A DNA stretch of 34,773 nt from an uncultured bacterium (GTDB taxonomy: Bacteria > Zixibacteria > MSB-5A5 > UBA10806), in contig CBEUCH010000024.1 of NCBI GenBank assembly GCA_965541585.1, positions 1 through 34,773 on the forward strand, written 5' to 3'. Of the stretch, positions 29,177 through 34,773 are shown one piece after another. The notes below the pieces were generated by a model. It saw nothing but the letters and a program-made list of their open reading frames with translations, was not told where the DNA came from and searched no databases. Every line of letters begins with the position of its first letter. Position 1 is the stretch's first letter. The translations under genes and the position numbers were made by a program.

Positions 29177-32100
29177 CTACCTTAATACGGTCATCTTCAG
29201 CGTCTTTTGTCTTTCTATCGTTCTCATCTGGCATAGATAAATCCCTGATGAAACATACTCACCCTTTGAGTTCCGGCCATCCCAAATGACCGCATTCTGT
29301 CCGGCTGGCATAGGACCATCCACGAGCGTTCTAACCTTCTGCCCCAAAATATTGTATAAGCTCACTGTAACGCTCTGCGGAGAGGAAAGATTAAAGCTGA
29401 TCACTGTGGTCGGATTGAATGGATTCGGATAAACTTTCGCAACAGAGAAATCTCGCGGAGGGCCTTCTATCTCCAAACCAGGGGCGATTTTTGCCGGTAA
29501 CGGGTCGGATGTAAGAAAAGAATCGTAAACAGCGTTAATAATTTCTGACTCGCGCGGCGGATCCTCATCCCACCAGTTGCCAATCGCATAAACCGGGTTG
29601 ATATTGAGACCGTTATCCAGGTCATAATAGTCCTGCGGGGTCAGGCCTGTGACAAATGAGTTAAACCCGAAGTCCGTAGCTACCCCGAAATCCGGGTCGC
29701 AAAAAACGCCGACCTTTACACCATGGCTAGAATTGTTCTTAAAACGAGTCCTCCTGACCGTAGGCGAGCTTGAAGAATACAGATATAGCCCATAAGTGTT
29801 GTCGTAAAATAAATTTCTTTCTGTGGCACCGCCACCGGAGATGGAAGCAGACGTATTATAGTAGTAAACCCCGTATGTTTCGCAGGAGACCACGTCAGTG
29901 TTCCTAATTATGCCATCGCTTGATATTTGGTTGAAGTAAATTCCTCCCTGCGGGAAATTGGCGATGGAATCGTTACGAACGTAGACATCTGGGTTTGCAG
30001 TACCCTCTTTACGAGCATATATGCCATAATACGACCCTGTTGATCCAGTACATGTGATCACGCAACTATCGATAACCGCTTCGTCCTCACCCTTCCAATA
30101 TATGCCGTATTTTTTTTCGCTTAGGGTTGTGGTGTATATCGAATCGATAGACTTCCACCCATATATACCCATAAGCCCATTACTTTCTAGCGTGCAACCA
30201 CGCATATTGAGTTTTCCAGGGTGGGTCCAAACGCCGACCACCGCATTATGACCAATGTCACAATCATCTATGTCTGCATAGCCGTCGTAAGTAATGTTGA
30301 CACCGTAATCGTTGTATGTCACAGTGCTACTATCAAGATCAAGATCGGCCTCCTTAACGTAAATACCGGAATCATCGTTTTTCGTAACCAAGCATGATGA
30401 CAGAGTTGCATCTGAGCTGCTGTCCATGTGGACACCATATTCAGCATATCTAACGGCGCAATACTCCATTACTCCTTCTGAACCGGGCATTAAGCGAATC
30501 CCGTACCAATCGCCTTTAGCTGGGCTTGCAAGTTGTTCCGAGGAAGGAACAAATAAGATCGAATCGGATGAGGTCCCCTGCGCGATGAGAGTGCCGTAAA
30601 CAATAAGCTCACATTTACCCGTATCTGCGCCGCCGGCCTGATTATCTTCAAGCTCCTGGAAATATATTGTGGTTCCTTTTTCAATCGTCAGAGTATCGGA
30701 GGCTTTCACTACTATGTCGCCGGTGATCGCGTAGCCCATATCCTGGGTCGGACTGCCCCACGTGGTGTTGCCATCCAACGTGTCATACCAGTTGTTAGCC
30801 AGAATGTCCAGAACAATAACCGTGGAGTCTGTTGGCAGGTATGAGGCGTTCCTGACACCGAAATGACCATTGATATCCTGGTGCCATTGTCCATCGTGAT
30901 AGGAATATAGATCCGAAGATGGATTAGTTGCCGCTCCGAAAATCTCGGCTTCACCTGGGATATATGCATCTCCCGAATCACCGTAATTTGCTCCCGTCAA
31001 TTCCCTGCAAGCCGAATCCGGGCATTCCCACATCCAATCAATCTCATCCAGACCAGATTCGGGATCCGCGATCAGGAGAGTATCGTCCAAGATGCTGAAA
31101 AGACCATCAGCTATTTCCAGATCTTCCGTTTTATGATAGGTATTAGATTGGCTATTAATTGAATCATCGATGTGGTAGATAAATATTCCTTTACTTGGCC
31201 AATGTTCCTCGTTGTATGTTAACCCCTGTCTATTGACTATTAAGAAATACTCCTCAACGCCAGCATAATATTTGACCAGATCCCCAGTAGTAATGTAATC
31301 TCTAATAGTGTCGCTATAAACCGGCTCGGTCAAAACGCTTATGTCTTGGCTCGCCAGCCACTCAAGACGCAGTGTCCAGTATGGTGAGAAATAAGAAGAT
31401 CTGTAACGGTTTTCCTCTCCTTCGGGAAGAAAATACCGTAAACCAATAAAATGATAGCCACTGGAATTGTTGTACGCCCAATGATGAAAACGGCTATTAA
31501 TCTCAGGGATGTGATGGCAATACTCGTGGACGAATGTCGCTGATATTGCATCATAATAATCCAGAAGAACCCACGGCGGTCGCTGCGTGTGCGCATTGGA
31601 AGAACCATGGATCTCAACCGTATCACCTACAGCATTAGTATCCTCGGTCGCGTATATACTCCCGCCAGGGAACCAAATAAACGCGATCCCACCCCAGTTT
31701 TGGCGTGGTGGCCTGTTCATTGCGAGTTGCCTATAACAGATGGCAATGTAATCCACAACACCGTCATTATCACCGTCATAGACTCCGTAGTTGACGAGGC
31801 TATCCACCCCTGCAACTACGTCCTCGCTTACATGCTTTAGGTATTCCGGGAACCATTGCAGAGTATCGTTACCATATTCATCTATATACCAGCTTTGCGA
31901 TTGAGGAAGTATAAAGAACTTATCTTGCAAGCCGGGGTTTACATCAACAGTTAGTATGTGCTTACGAAAGGACGAGCGTAATAATATCTGGCCCACGCCA
32001 TGTCCAGTTGTATCACCCATCTGTCTCAAACCTGTCCAAAGAGTATCAGAACCTAAAGCTATAGTGTCCTCCGGGAAAATAGCGAAGATCATGATGCCCG

Positions 32101-32236
32101 TAAGCGAATCAGATACGTTTATGTTTAATGCCGCGCCACCCTGCCCCAATGAATCCTCCACACCGCATTCGATCCACTCCTCTGCGAATGCTGTGGTAGC
32201 GAAAATAATGATGAAAGTGGAAACGATCTTTCGCAT
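29177..32236 (-). CDS. Secreted M6-like (immune inhibitor A-like) zinc metalloprotease with right-handed beta-helix and FlgD-Ig/T9SS-like CTD
   Basis: YDGDNDGVVD, HEYCH, SPYW..RLEWL, EYFLIVNRQ, GIFIYHID, FGAATNPSS; then beta-helix coils; ends YPNPFNPTT...WDGRN...SSGIY...KMTVLR. Confidence 0.85.
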   Translation of the reverse strand: MRKIVSTFIIIFATTAFAEEWIECGVEDSLGQGGAALNINVSDSLTGIMIFAIFPEDTIALGSDTLWTGLRQMGDTTGHGVGQILLRSSFRKHILTVDVNPGLQDKFFILPQSQSWYIDEYGNDTLQWFPEYLKHVSEDVVAGVDSLVNYGVYDGDNDGVVDYIAICYRQLAMNRPPRQNWGGIAFIWFPGGSIYATEDTNAVGDTVEIHGSSNAHTQRPPWVLLDYYDAISATFVHEYCHHIPEINSRFHHWAYNNSSGYHFIGLRYFLPEGEENRYRSSYFSPYWTLRLEWLASQDISVLTEPVYSDTIRDYITTGDLVKYYAGVEEYFLIVNRQGLTYNEEHWPSKGIFIYHIDDSINSQSNTYHKTEDLEIADGLFSILDDTLLIADPESGLDEIDWMWECPDSACRELTGANYGDSGDAYIPGEAEIFGAATNPSSDLYSYHDGQWHQDINGHFGVRNASYLPTDSTVIVLDILANNWYDTLDGNTTWGSPTQDMGYAITGDIVVKASDTLTIEKGTTIYFQELEDNQAGGADTGKCELIVYGTLIAQGTSSDSILFVPSSEQLASPAKGDWYGIRLMPGSEGVMEYCAVRYAEYGVHMDSSSDATLSSCLVTKNDDSGIYVKEADLDLDSSTVTYNDYGVNITYDGYADIDDCDIGHNAVVGVWTHPGKLNMRGCTLESNGLMGIYGWKSIDSIYTTTLSEKKYGIYWKGEDEAVIDSCVITCTGSTGSYYGIYARKEGTANPDVYVRNDSIANFPQGGIYFNQISSDGIIRNTDVVSCETYGVYYYNTSASISGGGATERNLFYDNTYGLYLYSSSSPTVRRTRFKNNSSHGVKVGVFCDPDFGVATDFGFNSFVTGLTPQDYYDLDNGLNINPVYAIGNWWDEDPPRESEIINAVYDSFLTSDPLPAKIAPGLEIEGPPRDFSVAKVYPNPFNPTTVISFNLSSPQSVTVSLYNILGQKVRTLVDGPMPAGQNAVIWDGRNSKGEYVSSGIYLCQMRTIERQKTLKMTVLR

Positions 32237-32306
32237 GGCTTCCCTCCTTAATGAACTCTTGACTTGACGATCAGGCCAGGCTTATAGTCCGTTCCGTTCC
32301 GTCCCG

Positions 32307-33521
32307 TCATTTTATGAACACCATCTTCCTAACAAGTTTATGGTCGTCTATCGATGCTACAGCAAAATAAATACCTGATGATACTGTCAGTCCATCATGA
32401 TCGGTACCGCCCCACTCATTAAATGGCTCGCGGCTTGCACTGTATCTTTTCACTAACTGCCCACGCATGTTGTAGATCTTCAATGTATATGGTTGATTAT
32501 CGTTCTCAACATGTATCAAAAACTGTCTGTTTGACGGATTGGGATATATTTTGATATTGTAAATGCTAATATCGACCGGGCATTCTTCGATTATACTAGT
32601 ACTTAACTCGGAGTAGAATAAATAACTGTAGAAATCGATGCAAAATACGGCTTCCCAAATCCATTTATTGTAAAAAAGTAACAACCCGTCAGACCCAATA
32701 GAGGGGTTCTCCGTTGTAACCAAATTACAAATATTGGGATACCAGAATCCATTTACGTTATCGCTCAATTCAACAGGATTCCCCCAGTTTCCATTTAGAT
32801 ATTCAGATTTTGCTATGGAATCTTCATCCCACTGGAAATCTGCGCTAGTGAAATATAGAGCTTGCCCACCATCATCAAAGAAAGGTCCATAAGTGTAGTT
32901 CCCGGGAATATTGATAATTGGAGGAAGCGATGACGGCACGCCCCACGTATTATCGCCATTTGACCGACAGGAATATATTTTTGAGAAATTAGAAGATGAA
33001 TCCCGGGTATCGAAGAAAAGAAAACCTAAAGAAGACGCATAATTTGGCGCGAACTCGTCGAAGGGTCCGTTTACTGAATCTCCAAGATTGATCGGATCCC
33101 GCCATATATTGTCGGTTTTGACCGACATCCAGAGGTCCAATCCTCCTCTTGTTCCGGGCCTGTCAGAACAGAAAAAGAGGGTGTCGCCGTAACGACTGAT
33201 ACTCGGATTTACGTTTCGGTAATCCAAAAGGTTAATCGGCTCCGGCAATGGTTCGGGATCGGACCAACGCCTCTGGCCATATTGGTCTATACTGTCCATT
33301 TTAGTGACATAAATTATTGTACCCTCATCAGGCAAACCTCTCTCGAACGTATCAAAATAAAGCAATGATTCCGATTGGCAATATGACGGATTAAAATAAC
33401 CGAGTAATACGTGCGGCGGGTTATCCCAGTCAATAACCTGCATCGGCCCCCATGCTTGGGAAAATGACGTTATCGTCATCGCCAGAAATAAAGCTGCTAT
33501 ATAGATTATGATTCTATTCAT
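32307..33521 (-). CDS. Secreted PD40/WD40-like (TolB-type) propeller protein with FlgD-Ig/T9SS-like CTD
   Basis: NPSISRYGDTLFFCSDRPG..GGLDLWMS...W..PINLGDSVN repeats; C-terminal YPNPSN...SSGIYF...RKMVFIK. Confidence 0.88.
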   Translation of the reverse strand: MNRIIIYIAALFLAMTITSFSQAWGPMQVIDWDNPPHVLLGYFNPSYCQSESLLYFDTFERGLPDEGTIIYVTKMDSIDQYGQRRWSDPEPLPEPINLLDYRNVNPSISRYGDTLFFCSDRPGTRGGLDLWMSVKTDNIWRDPINLGDSVNGPFDEFAPNYASSLGFLFFDTRDSSSNFSKIYSCRSNGDNTWGVPSSLPPIINIPGNYTYGPFFDDGGQALYFTSADFQWDEDSIAKSEYLNGNWGNPVELSDNVNGFWYPNICNLVTTENPSIGSDGLLLFYNKWIWEAVFCIDFYSYLFYSELSTSIIEECPVDISIYNIKIYPNPSNRQFLIHVENDNQPYTLKIYNMRGQLVKRYSASREPFNEWGGTDHDGLTVSSGIYFAVASIDDHKLVRKMVFIK

Positions 33522-33562
33522 AGTTTCTCCCCAATTAGGGCTTCATCGCTTAATACACAATT

Positions 33563-33591
33563 AAGATAATTGGTGACCAAGCCGCTGTCAA
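33563..33591 (-). promoter_or_regulatory. Putative sigma70 promoter of the 33521 operon
   Basis: TTGACA (33591-33586), 17 bp, TATCTT (33568-33563). Confidence 0.65.
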
Positions 33592-34247
33592 GAAGAATAT
33601 ACCACGTCGGTATGTACGAACTTTCCAGCTAGCCCTTCATATTCCGCTTCGCCTGTTGATATCGCCGTGTTATGTCCGTTAATAACAACTGGTTAGAGCA
33701 CTGCTTAGATATTTATACGGATTTACTACGCAAAAAAGTAGTATGGTTTACCTGCTCTTGAAATAGCCAATACCCTTTCCTTTGCTAACATCATCGCTCC
33801 TGCCAGTATTCCAGGAAACTTGTTCGGCGGAGATTCAGGATTAGGAGAGGGTGCGACAACCTTGTCGAGAGGAGCATTGGTTTTCCAGGCCGTAAATTGG
33901 GCAGCATAAGTAGCTTCACCCGATTTGAACCCCCGACCTTTTGGCCCATATCGTGTGATTTATACAAATCGGATAATGATTTGAGGTGACAGTCTTGGAA
34001 AGCTATTGAGACATGGGCAGCGGCCGATTCTCCAACAATCTACCCTAATGCTATGATAGCCTTGAGATTCCACATCGGCCGATAGTGGTGATGGCTATCG
34101 TTCATTTCTTTTCTATATGCGGCTACCCGATATAATGTCTTCTTTTCCTGTACGTGGCGCCCCCCCGCCACTAACAACTCTGAAGACATTTCTGCCCCTG
34201 AAAGGGCCTTTTTGGCACGGTACGCTCTGACGGGCTGCACGGTCACT

Positions 34248-34541
34248 TTATATCCTTGAAATGGTCTTACACGCAGGATAGCCTGAACAGCCATAGAACA
34301 GCACTCTCGCGCTCCTACGAATCACCATAGGCTTGCCACAGTTCGGACAAGTCCTTTGCTCTTCATCCTTTTTCCGTTCTCCAAAATTTATCTTGCCCTT
34401 GCATTTTGGGAACGTAGAGCAACTGAGGAATGTCCCATATCTGCTTTTACGATATATCATGGGTTTCCCACAAATCGGGCATATTTCATTGTTCGACGTC
34501 AGTATTAGACCGCATATAAAAGCCGCCCTTTTACAATACAA
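34248..34541 (-). CDS. Small protein with two topoisomerase-type C4 zinc ribbons (start uncertain; possibly a remnant)
   Basis: CPICGKPMIYRKSRYGTFLSCSTFPKC and CPNCGKPMVIRR....FYGCSGYPAC match zf-C4_Topoisom. Confidence 0.75.
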   Translation of the reverse strand: MYCKRAAFICGLILTSNNEICPICGKPMIYRKSRYGTFLSCSTFPKCKGKINFGERKKDEEQRTCPNCGKPMVIRRSARVLFYGCSGYPACKTISRI

Positions 34542-34650
34542 TCAATCAGCGTATATCGCCAAAACATATTGGATAATTAGTCTTTAATATAGAAAGCACT
34601 TCAAGGCAGATCAAGTAATATGACTATTCATCGGTAAAGATTCTTGTTGA

Positions 34651-34748
34651 AGCCCGTATGCGTTTAGAGCCACCCACCCTCAAACAAGCTTGACTTTAGC
34701 TATGGCAGAACTAACTTAAAATGTGGTACAATAATTGGGGACAGGTCA
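34651..34748 (+). mobile_element. Orphan IS3-family-like right end
   Basis: Ends CTAACTTAAAATGTGGTACAATAATTGGGGACAGGTCA (reverse complement TGACCTGTCCCC...GTACCAC, IS3-type terminus). The preceding frame SPYAF...ELT* resembles an OrfB tail. No transposase body is present. Confidence 0.5.
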
Positions 34749-34773
34749 ATCGGCAAGGGAGGTTACGGTGGCA

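Noticed and set aside
32287..32306. Short (TTCCG)n-like tandem repeat after the 32307 stop
   Set aside because: About four imperfect units in an intergenic position; no evidence of phase variation.
33922..33940. Minus-strand AAGGTCGGGGGTTCAAATC resembling a tRNA T-arm or att remnant
   Set aside because: The T-stem does not close, there is no acceptor stem or CCA, and it lies within an open protein-like frame.
33726..34294. ORF 34040..34294 and a startless minus-strand frame at about 33726-33960, possibly a decayed gene
   Set aside because: No recognisable family, start codon or RBS. It overlaps the zinc-ribbon gene and cannot be supported without a homology search.
1..34773. CRISPR array, rRNA/tRNA genes, exosortase or an intact recombinase
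   Set aside because: None seen. The periodic DNA repeats fall within propeller coding sequences and reflect protein repeats.

Overview
A 34.8-kb accessory region in which every credible gene is on the minus strand. Almost all encode secreted or surface proteins with one of two C-terminal sorting tags: a 'YPNPFN' T9SS type A/FlgD-Ig-like domain (CTD) or IPTL-CTERM. This mix suggests an FCB-related lineage such as Zixibacteria (inference only). In transcription order (right to left): an IS3-like end remnant and a small Zn-ribbon gene; an operon of PD40-like propeller+CTD, M6-like metalloprotease/beta-helix+CTD and a DNRLRE-like protein; a lysyl-oxidase-domain IPTL-CTERM protein; a truncated integron integrase, a broken attC and an intact ~3.6-kb two-gene cassette with attC; a TrmB regulator heading alternating repeat-propeller and S8 protease genes whose paralogs carry different sorting tags; and a second operon of BNR propeller+CTD plus a large BNR/beta-helix gene (<1..2649) that is missing from the ORF track. 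The most striking non-coding signal is a pair of directly oriented palindromes, ATTTCCGATAA-N7-TTATCGGAAAC (4292-4320 and 28499-28527), each next to a terminator. They resemble dif or tyrosine-recombinase core sites and bracket a ~24.2-kb block holding all four IPTL-CTERM genes. A partial third copy lies at 25227-25252.
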